The notes: a model not told the origin generated them from the sequence alone. A DNA stretch of 50,504 bases, filler included, from Streblomastix strix (GCA_008636045.1; 2 parts of 2 records of this genome joined end to end with filler, not necessarily neighbours in it), one strand, 5' to 3'; shown: positions 1-13,032, counted from the first letter of the whole stretch. Made by a program: numbers and translations.

Positions 1-102
1 CTGGACTTTTTCAACTATCGAATCTAATCCACCAGAAGCTCCAATTGCTGGTTCAACCTTATCTTTTACGACTTCAAGCGTAGACGAAAGGCACGATCCC
101 AT
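1..102 (-). CDS. 5' end of a gene running off the window; N-terminus MGSCLSSTLEVVKDKVEPAIGASGGLDSIVEKVQ, probably myristoylated and palmitoylated
   Basis: ATG at 102-100, 34 open codons to the edge, GC content higher than the flank, MGxCxS acylation motif. Confidence 0.6.
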   Translation of the reverse strand, partial: MGSCLSSTLEVVKDKVEPAIGASGGLDSIVEKVQ

Positions 103-2857
103 ACAAAACCTTATGATTAAAACAATGTAATTAGAATAATATAAAAAATATAATGAAATAAATAAAAAAAAGTAAAAAACAAAATTATAACACTAAATAT
201 TGCATATATTGGATATTAAAATGAATATTGCGTTTATTTATTCAATGGCAAATTATTTTAAGTGAAAATAAGATGTTTTTAATGCTTTTTCAGGAGTCGG
301 TCCTATAAAACACTCAAAATTTCTCATCAAATTTTGAAACCTCATTTTTAGTTAGTTAGGAATAATTTATTTTTAAAAAATAATTGGTATATTATATAAA
401 TAGAAATATATTATTAATCAATAATTCCAAATTAATTATTTATTCTCTAAAATTTAAATTTCAGTTTAACATTGCGAAAATGTATATTGAAATCTTTTTT
501 TATATTTAATGCATATAATGAAGGCTATTACGCAAATATTATATGATTATACAGTACCCACCTTAGCATTCATAATTTATATGCTTAGCTATTTTAATTT
601 TAATTATTTATTTAGACAAAAATCATTTAATCAATCATTACTTATTTCCCTGGAACAGATCTATATTTTTAATATTTGTTTTTATTTAATTTTTATTTAA
701 TATAAATAATTCATTTATTAATTGTGTGCATTAATATATATAACATTCAAATTGTAAATTAAAACCAAATATATTGGTGTATAATTCTTTTAATTGGTTT
801 ACTTGATTAAAAAAATATAAGATTTTATAAAATTCTTTTATGAAAATTTGAAATAAATAAAAAAATTATTGAATTGTTTTTGAATTAATTTTATTAAAAT
901 AAATAATGGAGATCTTATTTTATAGCTATCATATACAATCAACGCAATTGAATCGAAACAAAATTAATGACGTATTTATAAAAATATATGACATTTTTTT
1001 ACCAAATTTTTTATTTTTAATTAAAAAATATTTTATTTATTTGTCCGAAATCATAGAAAAACATTAATTATTTATATATATTTAATAAAACAATTTCATA
1101 AATTTTTAAATACTATATTCGAATAGACTAAGTAAAATAATATATTTTCAATTTTTGTAAAATTTAATAAAATGGACTCTTTATTACAAGATTTTTTCAA
1201 TTTCTTTCTACAATATTATTATTAATTATTTTTTCATAGTTATCTACTATTTTGATTTAATACAAAAAATTATTTTATATAATATTTTTACTCATAAACT
1301 AAATTTAATTTAAATATTTATGTAACGAAAAATAAATTATTAAAGTAAAACTTTAATTAATTAGAAATTTATAACAATTGTAAATTTGTAATAATTTCAA
1401 TTAATTTGTTAAAAAATTGATTTAATCGAATTTATAAATATATTTAAATATTAATTATTAAAAATATTTCATTTATTTAATAAAAATTTTATTAACGTTA
1501 AAATTTTTTAATTTAAATTTTAATGATCTTATCAAATATACAACTAATTTATAGAATGAGTGAGCGAAAAATGTATTAGGTATAATGTAAAAAGAAAATA
1601 ATTAACATTTCGTATACGAAAATAAATTTTTATAAATTATTTATAATTTTTTTTTATACACCTACACAATTGAATAAAATATTGTGAGGATTTTGAATAA
1701 ATTGAACTATAATAATTGTTTTTTCAATAATTCCAAATAATAAAATATACTTTTATTCAAAATGGACGAAAATATACAAAAAATTTATGTATATAACTGT
1801 TACAGATTTAAGAAAGTAATTTGAAACAAAACATCCTTTATTTAAATTAAATCTAAATGAATCGTTATAAAATTCAATTGTCTTCTTTGAATACCATCAA
1901 ATATTTAAAAATATTGAATAAAAGTTTAAAGTTTGATGAATTAAAATAAATATTAGTTCAAATATAAAGATTACTTAATATAATAATAATAATAAATGTT
2001 ATAATAAAAATTTATCACACAAATTATTTGAATTGTTACATATATGGACATATACAAGAATAATTTTATAAATTAAATTATTAATTTTAAGTTTTTGACG
2101 GAAACAATTCAGTGATTTATATTTTTGATTATGCTTTGGAAATTGTAGAAATATATTTTAATCAAACTTGTAATGAGCACACATAAGTTATTAGTTGTTC
2201 GGAATAATTCAATTAAAATGAACGATTCAACAAATTATCATTTTTACTTGGCAAATTTCAGTTTGAAATATTTCCTCTTATTATATGAAATTTCCATAAG
2301 TACTGATGTAAAAAGTAGCCTGTCCTCGATTCAAAAAAAATATAAAACTTATCCTGATGAGAAATTAATATCCTGTAATTAGTATTGACGAATTATAAAA
2401 GAAATTTTATAGGATTGTTATATAATTATTTAATAAAATTATTCATATTGATTATTTTTTATAATTGTTTATGATTAAATTTCATACTTCAAAAAAATTG
2501 TTTATTTATCATGAATAAATTTACTAATGTAAAATAATTGATATGAGCAATTGTATGAAATATTTGAATGGGTTACTTTGTGGATTAATGAATAGGAATT
2601 ATTGCGAGGGTAAGCTTTTGGATTTTAAGGTTCTCAGGCAGGCTTCTTTTTTACATTACTACTGATAGTTTAAATCTGATGATTTAAGCGATAAATGTTA
2701 ACTTATTTTGATTAACTTATTTTGACTAAAAGTATTGTGTCAAGTTAAGTTTTTAGAGTGAGTGTAGCGAACTACACCTAGTAAAAATGAAATAATTGTA
2801 TCGACCAGTTATACGATTACTAAAATAGATTAATTGTTAAAATTAACGGTGACGAAC

Positions 2858-2941
2858 AGTTATAGAATCGATTTTAAACATCATTTTTGGAATCTACGCA
2901 TATAATATGACCTTAGAGTAGTGTATTAGAGAGATATGAAA
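2858..2941. repeat. Dispersed repeat, copy 1 (copy 2 at 13033-13116)
   Basis: Ungapped 84-bp alignment sharing agttayagaatc, catttttgga, aatatgacctta and gagatatgaaa. Confidence 0.6.
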
Positions 2942-3005
2942 TTTTAAGTTTTTAATTAGAATTCCGACCTATGATAAAATAATTTTATTTTTAATATACA
3001 CCTTA

Positions 3006-3152
3006 AATAATTATATTGTGGAATAAAATATATCAATGATGGAAAGGAATATATCAATGATGGAAAGGAATATATCAATGATGGAAAGGAACATTTCAAT
3101 TATGGAATTGAATATTTCAATGAAAGAATTGAATATTTCTATTGTGGAAAAA
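3006..3152. repeat. 21-bp minisatellite, about 7 units (aatatatcaatgatggaaagg)
   Basis: Three perfect units at 3027-3089 with degenerate units on both sides. Confidence 0.85.
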
Positions 3153-4039
3153 ATGACCTGATGCATGAAACTAAAATTTAAATATAAATTCAGTATTAAA
3201 ATAATTTATACATCAACATAAAAAATTCCCAGGTCAATTTGTAGTCATTTGGAACAGATCGATTTTTTTAATATTTTTTTAGAATTTAGTTTATAACTAG
3301 AGAGATCTGCTGCAATTTTCTATAAATTTCTTTACTACTTACAATAAATATCCTAATAATATAATATATATATATATTTTATAATTTAAATTACATCTAA
3401 TCTATTTTTCAATATTTTAAAGAATTTCATTTTTCTCATTTATAATTCAACATTTTTATTAGTTAATTATTTAAATCAATATTAATATATTAAAGTAACG
3501 ATACTTCATTTAATTTATGCATTATTTTAAAATACTTAGCAAATTTAAAAATAACTTATCAAACTTTAGAAATTTACAGAGTCCTAAACATCATCATATG
3601 TCTAATTAATTTAATATCATACTCATTAATATGTTTCAAGTTACAATCATTAATTTTAAACTTAATTTTGCTATTAATGTCTATTTTATAATCACCAGAT
3701 TATAATGTGAATTTAATTTGTTAATATTTCGTTTTATTAAGCATTTTTGAATCATTTATTATATAATTATTATTTTAATTTGTGTTAGAATATTAATACT
3801 GCATACTTATCATAAAATATTTATTTTATTTAGATATTATGACTATAATTTTTTTTTAAATAAGAGATTTTACGATTTATTTTTGAATGAAATTCTATGT
3901 TTTCCCAACTGCAATCAATGAACAAGCTGATAATATTGTTTTTATATAGACATTCTAATCATTTGATACAGGAAAAACTTTTGATTATTTTTATTTTTAT
4001 TAATTTAGCTCCAATTTATTTTTTTATTTATTTAATTAG

Positions 4040-4169
4040 AGGAAAACTTGCAGTTCTAGTAACACCGAACGGATTATTCTTGGCTGATCTTGGACTTACA
4101 GGATTACAGACATATATTATCGAGTTTACTGGAAAATCTGAATGTGAGCGTGGATTACGGAGCTTTTGA
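4040..4169 (+). pseudogene. Isolated exon-like remnant, possibly kinase-derived (GKLAVLVTPNGLFLADLGL...)
   Basis: GC-richer stretch after an intron-like AT tract ending in AG; LADLGL resembles a DFG-loop. Confidence 0.25.
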
Positions 4170-5849
4170 AGAATTCATTTTAAGTTGAAATGTATTAATT
4201 CAACTATGACCAACTTTAGATTACATTCTAAAAATAAAATCCTAAATAAACCAGTATTGATTAATTGTTATTTTTTGAAGAACCATTTCTATTTAATTAT
4301 TTCTATTTTTATATTATCACTTCTCACATAACAGGAACTATCTCTTATACATAAATGGTAGATATTATCAACATGTTCAACTTCTTTTCTCGTGAGAAAT
4401 CAGCTGTGTTGTCTCTTGTAATCGTACAAACCAACGAAGAAGAAGCAGTTTCATATGATATTGTTTCACGTACAACATTAGATATATGTTGACTATAACA
4501 AAGACTTGGACTGGATCTTGTTGAACGAGAGAATATGATTTAGAAAAACAGCATTTCACAAAATTAAACAATTAGTTTCACTTTCGTTAGCTCATAAAAA
4601 ATAAAATATAGGTAATTCGTAGTATTTATAATTTCAATAATGATCTCATATTTTTGAATATTTGTTAATTGAATTGTTTTTAAAAGTTTGTAAAGCAAAA
4701 TAATTATTTTATTTTAATCCGGAATGATTTAAACTTCGAATTTTTACTTATTTTTATTATTTGATTTCAAATATTTATTTGAATTTTCGATTTTAGTCGA
4801 ATTGTTTTATTAGTGTTTTTCATTGATGTAATTCGATATTATTTTAATTTAATTTATTATATTTTTATTTAAAATTCAAAGTTAAAATTCCCATTAGCAC
4901 TACAAAATGAAAAATAATTCCAATTTTCTCCGTACAACTTTTATCCTTTAAAGGTTAGTAGAACAATATTATTATTATGTTTTATATATCACTAATGGCT
5001 ATATTAATTTATTCATTGACATGTAGTATTCGATGTATGAATTGGTTTCTGTAACCTTAATGGGATTTAAGCTTTGCGTATCGATGGTTTCATCATTGAT
5101 TTTAATCTTTTTATGTATCTGGCGCGATGATTATCTATTAAATGATTGAATAATTTTATTTTGATGATAATGAATTGATGCTGTGAATTGATGTAATTTT
5201 ATTTGGATTTGTTTGAATTGTATTATTTTGGAGTATTTTTAAGATTTAATGGTGATATGGCAAAATAAAATTATTTAAATATTTTTTACTAACAAATTTT
5301 ATAAATGTAAAATTATTAATTTTGCAGATATAAAAAATAATGAAAAAAAATATTATTTTTATTTTACACCTCGAATAGAAAACAGTACACAGCATAGTTT
5401 ACAGTAAATTTCATAGAAATATTTTATAATTAATTTTATATAAAATTATTTTAGGTTGAGCGGTGACAAGTGGAGCAAAGCAAGAAAATTCAAAATTATT
5501 GTTTTTTCCATGAATCTTGATTAAATTTATTTTAATTTTGTTCTTAAATTGTAATAAATAATAATTTATAATAATATTTAATTGAAATTTTTCAATTAAT
5601 TTATTTTAAACGCTGAAATTAGAGAAAAAATTAAAAAATTGATTTTTCACCGGAAATTGTTAATAATATTGGAGTGTTTATTCAGAAGGATCACTTCGTA
5701 TTTAATTATTAAAATATATTTAAAATATTTTTTAGAACAATAGCTGAAGTTGAAAATTTTTCGATTTGCATCGGTTGTAAAAATGAGCAAAAATGATAAC
5801 TTTATTTTTTTGTCATCAATCATGTTATATTATTATTTAATTTTTATTA

Positions 5850-6297
5850 TAATTTTTTTAAAATTTTTTCAGATGCATTGATGGACAATTACTGCGTTTT
5901 TAGATGTATGCGTTCGTGATAACTGATAATTTTTGCTTTTTCATTTTTTATTTAATCCACAATTTCAAATTCTTCAATTATTGTAATTTATTATTATAAA
6001 CATTAATAAATTTATTTCACTACTATTTAATTTAATTTACCTCAAAAATCGCACTCATATTTTACGAAAAAATTTTAAATTGAAATTTCACCAATAAATA
6101 TAAATATAGTTGTAATTTTTGTTGATCTAATTTTTAATAAATAAATATAAATAAAGTACATTACAAAAAAAATAATAATTATGCATGAAATTTGCGGAAA
6201 AACAAAAAATTAAAAAAATATCGGTTTTCACGAATGAATGCCGCTGAAAGTGTAGTTATTGTCCTTCAATGTATCTGAAAAAATTTTAAAAAATATT
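5850..6297. mobile_element. MITE/foldback element with long imperfect inverted repeats
   Basis: 5855-5935 (ttttttcagatgcattgatggacaattac...cgttcgtgataactgata) is the reverse complement of 6213-6293 (tatcggttttcacgaa...gtagttattgtccttcaatgtatctgaaaaaa). Confidence 0.7.
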
Positions 6298-6329
6298 TAA
6301 AACTAAAATTTAATAGTTAGATTAGATTT

Positions 6330-7800
6330 TTGGTATTGAAAAAACATGAATATATTTTTTGCTTAATTTTTTCAGAGGATGCATAACTTTCTCTGGAGAA
6401 GGTGAAATTCTCATTTGTTTATTGGACACACTGTGTTGAATGGACTCGCTCGTGTAGAAGTTAGGCTTATTGAGAATTGTACAGTAATTTATCCCTTGAA
6501 AAGATTGCAGAGTCAGAGAATTCATCTTATGGAGAAAGAACCTCCGTACCGGGTATACAGATGTTCAGGCCCAACTTTTCTTCATCTATCTCGGATTCGG
6601 ACAAGCCCACGCTCTCTTCTTTAACTTCAGCAATTAATTCTCTCACTTAAACATTATCTTATTAATAGAAATATAAACAATTTTATATAAACTGTACAAT
6701 ATTTGTAATTTTAATATGAAATATTAAGTTATAATGATAAAGATAAAGAAAATACATCCAGATGAAATGTCTTAAATAATTTTTCTTATCATAATATTGT
6801 CTCTCTCTCTTTCAGCTACATCAGAATGATTTATGAATCTGTCTGCCGCTGTTCCATTTGCACCTATATTAATCTGCATTGTAGCTATTACAGATTTCAC
6901 AATTATGACAGTAAAATGTCGTGTAATTCCAGCTTTCAATATCGGCGAGCGTATTTTCTTGCTCAAGATATCCGACGAATTAATTCTATTCAATCTGGAT
7001 ATATTTTAAAGACAATCAATTGTATGGTTTTCTTTATTTTCAATTTTAATATTCTTCATCAATTTTTCAATATTTTTGTTTCTAAAATAATTTCGTTTAA
7101 GTTTCATTTATTAAGGTAGCTCTGAGCAAATCAGCAGGTCTGCTCACAGTAAAGATCACATAAAATATCAGAGATATTGTCATGAACTCTTTTAATAATA
7201 AAGTATTTTGGAATAATTTTATTTCTTTTTTCGTGATTTTTTTCTATAGTATATTCAAGTACCATTATTCAATTTCCTTTTAATTGTGTCATATTCTCAT
7301 TAGAACTTGTTTCATCAATTAAGCTACAAGCGTACTATGTATTTCTACTTCATTATATTTTAAAAATGACAACAGTACTGCTAATGCTTCATTAAAAGAT
7401 TCCAATGCTTTACCTGATACATATCATCTTCACTATTCATGCCATGTTTCAGCTATTCTTTGGAATACACCTGGGTTTTGACCATGATTTTCTTGCAAGA
7501 ACCAGAACATTTTCTCACCTGGTTGCATGACACTACTAATTATTGGAGATATTCGCATCATTTTTAAAAAGTATGGCAAATCGTTCAAAATAACCCTTCA
7601 GGATTAAGCTCGCCCTACGTGTCTACTTTAAACACATCAATTTTCTACACTATTTTAAGTGTTTTACTCTTCAATTCATCGTTCTTAACTTTAATTAATT
7701 CTTATGATAAATCATTACAAATAGTCATTACGATTATTTCTGTAGGCAATCTGTGTGGATAAATTTTTTTCAGATTAATCAAAAAGAAGCTCGCTTAATC
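6330..7800 (-). pseudogene. Tyrosine recombinase (YR) of the DIRS element
   Basis: IFTVSRPADLLRA (first catalytic Arg box), KAGITRHFTV...ADRFINHSDVA...RQYYDKK (His and catalytic Tyr region), acidic tail VRELIAEVKEES; frameshifted. Confidence 0.75.
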
Positions 7801-7879
7801 CTTCCGGTTTATTTTTCCCTATTTGCCATACTTTTTAAAAATATTGCGAATATCTCCAATAATTAGTAGTCATGACACC

Positions 7880-8230
7880 TTGAGTATGTAGATTTCGCCT
7901 GGTTGGAAAGACCATTGTTTCTTCTTCATACTATATCCAGGAATCAATAGTTGCTCGCAATAATCCAGTCTAATCGTCTATACGGTAATTTTTAGAAGTT
8001 TTTTATATAATAGTTGGCCTGGCAATTTCGGTGCTATGGTCAGTACTGTTTGAACATGATCCTTTTTGACTTTCCTAATTGTGCATAAGAGCAGTAGTAT
8101 TGGAAGATGAAGTAGTGGAATATGGTTTTCCAAGTTAATTGAAAAACCGTCTCTCACCGTTGCACATATATCCTTAGTTATTCTGAAAAATATTCCAAAT
8201 TATCTGTTGATTCGCGTGGTGAATGCGTCC
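7880..8230 (-). pseudogene. DIRS methyltransferase-like domain
   Basis: DAFTTRINR...DGFSIN...PLLHLPI...TIRKVKKD...IAPKLPGQ...LIPG fits the Dam-like domain that follows RNase H in DIRS1-like elements. Confidence 0.6.
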
Positions 8231-8289
8231 ATCGTTATCTCGATTTTATTATTCCTCAGTGAAATATGTAGAATCTCCCTATTGATTGC

Positions 8290-8857
8290 ATAGTCCTTAG
8301 AACGATCCTGTCTTGATAAACTATCCGGCTCTCTATTCGTTACTTCTCATAGGTACAAAACTTCGACTTTCCATCCTTGCTACTCCGCTATGAGAAGTAT
8401 ATTACTCATTAAACTGACAAAATATAGAGCTGCTATATCATTATTGATATTAAACATCGCCACTGTGTTATCAGTTTGCACTCTAACGCAATCCAAATTT
8501 TAGTTTTGCAAAATCTTCGAAAATCATCGCATTGTGAGAAAGATTGCATATAGCTCTCTTTATTTTGATGGCTTGAGTTTGACTGTTTTCCAGTTGCCCC
8601 ATGCTATTCACTTCTCGAATTGCTTAGTCTTCTGCGCTGCTTTCCAGCTGTTCTAAGAGGCAACTGTCTGAATCATAGCCCATTTGGATGGATAATGAAA
8701 CATAATTTGTTATTAATTTTTTTCGTATTAAATCGCCTAATCAGATCTTTTGTCAATAATTGCATCAGTAGTATTAAGTTAAACTAATTTTTATAATTCG
8801 TTGTCTTACACTTTATATGATCCAGATACATTATAAGTAGTAGCCCTCGTTTCCATT
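8290..8857 (-). pseudogene. DIRS RNase H domain with RT-RNase H linker
   Basis: IQTVASQNSW (TDAS), KQRELYAI, VQTDNTVAMFNIN, VTNREPDSLSR. Confidence 0.8.
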
Positions 8858-9249
8858 GGACAGTTCTAATGGTTTCATACTAGCGTTTCAATCTTTTTAT
8901 TGGCTATAAATAACTGTTTTTGATTTTAACATTAAATTATTAAAATATTAGTGTATAATAATTTACTTTAATGAAGTTTCAAATATATTCATATACAAAA
9001 AAATTTTTAAAATTTAATTAAATTTTTTCAATTAAAATTTTTATTTAAAAATATTAGATATTTAAAAAACCTATAAATTTTTTGTTTTATTTAACTATTT
9101 TATGAAAAATGATCCTTACGTTTTGACTTCAAATATATTTAATAATATATAATTACTTTTAATAATTAAATTAGAAAAGTTATCAAATTTATCTTTTGTA
9201 CACCATGGAACGCTTAAAGCCAAAAAGTATACTACCATTAGAATTGACC
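8858..9249. mobile_element. ~390-bp MITE nested in the DIRS pol gene
   Basis: Imperfect 24-bp TIRs ggacagttctaatggtttcatact / agtatactaccattagaattgacc; direct target duplication CATT (or CCATTG); removing it restores EAQWKRGLL. Confidence 0.8.
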
Positions 9250-9253
9250 CATT

Positions 9254-9950
9254 GTGCTTCAAAAAATTGAATTCCTCCAACTAAACTTGCGAATTTTCTT
9301 TCTGCAATCTTTTCTCTATTTCATATTTTGTTTATCATTATTCATAACTCATTCTTCATGCTTCATCTTCTATTTATGGTTAGTTAAAATGTCATTTCTT
9401 TTGTTCTCTATAGTCAGCTCAGAAATACTAACTCTTAATTCGGTTCCACTGAGCTCTTGTCCTTTGCTATCAGCTGACCTAGGCTATTCAAGAAGTTCTT
9501 GATTTCCAATATCTCTCGTCTCAACATCTACGAGTCCAAATTCAGTAATGGTATGTCGTCAACATGCATCAAGATTTGTGATTTACATCTTTTTCTCACT
9601 TCCATTATCGCTGGTTTAAGAGTCATTATGAATATTCGAAGTGCTGTTCCTACCTCAAAGGGCATTCCCTGGCAGATGTGATTTATCTTCTCGAATTAAA
9701 ATCATAAATATGATTGAAATATTTTGCTAACTTCAGTATGATGGAAGGCTTGATGAAGATAGAGATTTGAAGCGGGATGTCTATAAATAATCAATAGCCT
9801 GATAAACTGAACTTCATTCATCTTAAATGATTCTATTTGGAGATAATTATTCAGTTCCCTACAGTTCAATATCTTTCTCTTTTTTCCTACAGTTTTGGAA
9901 ACTGCGTGAACTGTGCTCAGGAATCTCACTTCTCCTGATCTATCCACACG
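9254..9950 (-). pseudogene. Reverse transcriptase of the DIRS element
   Basis: KKRKILNCRELN..FKM, LHQAFHH, TALRIFIMTLKP, LMHVDDI (YxDD position), KSSVEPNQELVFL, FASLVG. Confidence 0.85.
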
Positions 9951-9999
9951 AATGACTCTGTCGCTGAGTTCCTAAAATATTTAATCGCTCAATTTCTCC

Positions 10000-11859
10000 C
10001 TCACTAAAAAAGTTCACTTAAAATATTAAATTTTAATTTGAATTTAATTATTTAATATATATTTACTGTATTTATTCATCAATTCTGCCGATATTCTTCG
10101 CGAAATGACTTTTTGTTCTCCAATATTTGTACATTCTGAGAGAAACCTAACTTCTCTAGCTCCAATAATTTAGTTAACTATCATCTAAGACTCTGTTTAA
10201 GCCTTATTTTCCGCAATTGCTGCACTATATTAATATTTTTAAATAAAATATTCCCAGTCTTCAATCTGGTCCTGAGTAAGTTTATTAGTGCACGTCACCC
10301 CAACAGCTCACCTGAATCTTCTTGGGACTATTACTATTAAATGAGAGGTGTTTAGAACTCATCTTCGATTTCTACGACGAGTCATTTAGTATGACTTCTA
10401 TAGACATGTTTTGAACCTCTCATAATGTATGACCAATTGTCATAGTTCCTGCAACTATTTCTGTTCTAGAGATATAGCGTAGCCTCACTTTCTAGAGCTT
10501 CTTTGGTCTCATAGGAAACATCTTGATTCTCACTGTTGAATATATGATTCCTTTTCCAGCTATTTAAGTTTGCACACTCTCTGATTACTTTGAGTCAAAG
10601 CCCAGCACTCAATATCATCAAATATGAGTCTGTGATGATATTGAGTGTTGTTGATTCCATTCAATTGACTGATATCAGAGCTCCTAAAGCTGCTCCTTCT
10701 GCGGCTGACAAAGACTTTGACACATCTCCGTAATCTGAGGTTTGTTCAATGTTAGACTGTTCTATGGGTTCTGTAGTTGACCATTCATGTTCATCTCTTC
10801 ATCTTCTATCTAGAGTATCCTGCAACTACATATTTCTAGCTTTCACTGAGTCTGATTTGATGGTTCTCTTTTCTATCCTTTTGGCTCGAACTAGCTACCT
10901 TTGTAACCTTTTGTCCGACCCATTATGTGGTTCATATACTAGTGAACTGGACTTATTTTTATTCCTAGAATTATACCTGCATCGCGAATAAGACTTGGAT
11001 CATCGAAATCGGTTCATGTGGTTATTGTGGCCTTGTTTTGAACATTTATGCTGTATAGACTTCCCATCTCTTGAAGAACGTGATTATTGTTCAATTTCCA
11101 GTAGTCACTTGCGTTCCACCGATTTGTCAATTTCACTAAGCTCAGATAAAGGTTCCTGCCATATTGATTCCATTGAACCTCTGCAATTCTTCTTTTTCTT
11201 CTATCTTCTTCTTTTTTATTATGTTGCAATTCCAATTATTATTAATTTTTAAGATAAGATTCAGATTCTTCTAGTTTTAATAATGAAATAATCAAAACCA
11301 ATATCACATCTTCTTTTTCTTACCATTTTGGCTAATTTTCTACATTCAACCTCCTATTTTTTTCTCGTTATTATTCCATATATAATCTCTCCATTTCTTA
11401 TAATTTAGATACGCTATTATTCAGCTTATCTAGCTTATTCTGTCAATTTCAATGATTCAAAATCGATTGTTCTTCAATTTTACTAAAAATCTTTCTGTAT
11501 TTGCTTATCCTGCGTCTACAATTATTTTCTTCTTTCTATATCTTTAATTTCATCCAATATTTTCATCTAATGTTAATTTATCTGTTAAACAATCAATAAT
11601 TGAGGTTAATGAGGAGGAAGAGGAGGTGGTTAAAGATTAGTTACAACATTTTAGTTCCAATTAGTTGGAGAGGTAGTTAATTATTTTAGTTGTTGTTCAC
11701 TGGATTGGTTTGCTTGGTTTAAACTTCTGGAATTTCTTTCCAGTTGTTTAATTATACTATTTATCCGATCAATTCTTGATTTTGTCCTTTATTCTTTTCT
11801 ATTCTCATTTTTTGTAAGGTTTAGTAGAGAATAATTGATTTTAATGGGATCATTTCCAT
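10000..11859 (-). pseudogene. ORF1/gag-like region of the DIRS element
   Basis: Interrupted coding-like frames (MENDPIK..., VQWNQYGRNLYLSLV..., SKSLSAAEGAALGALI) directly upstream of RT. Confidence 0.5.
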
Positions 11860-12459
11860 GAATTAAAAAAAATTCAAAAAATGTATGAAATAAGACTTTT
11901 TGAAGAATAAATAATTTAAAATAATGACAACTTTACTTTTCCAAATTGCGCATAGTTAATTTCTAAATTAATTTTATCTATTATCTTGGAAATAAAGATA
12001 ACCAATAATGCAAGACCTCGTCGAATGGGTGAAATATTCATACTAACAAAAAAAACATATGAAATTTGATAATAAACTAGTATATAAAATTCTGGATGTT
12101 TGAACTTATTTGAGAAGTCATACGATGCATAAATGTTGCAACATATTGAAAATTGCACCAAAACCACTGCTCAAATCAAATAGAATTGAATCGATCAGAA
12201 TATTATATTTGAATGAATTAGTAATAATTTTAATGTTCCACTTAATTTATATTAAATCTAATTATTAATTGTAGTTTCTTATAATAATCATTAATTATTT
12301 TTTTATATTAATAAACAAAATGAAGGTTAATAATTATAAAATGAATATTAAAACTTATTTAAATTTTAACATATTATACACTCATTATTTCAATTTATTT
12401 TAAAAATCCAACATTCATTAATTTTTACGAAATATTTTCATTATTATTCATTATATATA

Positions 12460-12787
12460 AGTTGTAGGCAAAAGAAACCCACAGCCGTATGGAATTTAAA
12501 CAAAAAAAATATTGAGAAAGCAATAATGGATATAATTAATCGTAATAAAAAATGAAAATAATTTATCAGTAATAGGAGTAAAAAATAAATAATAAAAATG
12601 ATTTATCGGTAGGATTTATGGATATGATTTATGTATTGAATTTATGAAAATAATTTAAGGATAAAAATGGATGAAAAAGTAAAAAATGTGAAGGATTTAT
12701 GAAGCTAAAATTTGGTGACCATTAATGAAATAAGTTTATTTTTGATGTTAAATGATATTGAGCAGTGAGTTTCTTTTGCCTACTACT
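12460..12787. mobile_element. ~330-bp MITE-like element
   Basis: TIR agttgtaggcaaaagaaacccacagc versus gcagtgagtttcttttgcctactact, 3 mismatches in 26 bp; AT-rich non-coding interior. Confidence 0.7.
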
Positions 12788-13032
12788 TTTCGGTATTATT
12801 TTATGAGTTTTATCTTATTCAATTATTTTATTTTTAAGAATTTTTAAAGATTAGAGAATTATATTATGTTCGTATTGAAATAATGTGAGAAAAAGAGGGA
12901 ATATCCAAGGTTTTTCAATAATATATAATGAATGAAAAATGATTAGTCGTAAAGATTAATAAGAAAAAATATTAAAAATTGAAAATATGACTAAAAAATT
13001 AAGATTATTAGATGGAATTGAAAATGATTAAT

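Larger units (their letters stand above)
6320..11860 (-). mobile_element. Decayed DIRS-type tyrosine-recombinase retrotransposon: ORF1/gag, RT, RNase H, methyltransferase-like domain, YR
   Basis: Minus-strand domain order is characteristic of DIRS elements; many TGA stops and frameshifts; terminal repeats not identified. Confidence 0.85.

Noticed and set aside
509..2400. Short ORFs in the extremely AT-rich left flank
   Set aside because: Composition-driven F/I/L/Y/N-rich translations with no recognisable domain
3006..3152. Possible CRISPR array
   Set aside because: Head-to-tail 21-bp units with no unique spacers, no cas genes, eukaryotic context
11916..12190. Coding-like fragment, possible transposase remnant
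   Set aside because: No recognisable motif and no consistent frame
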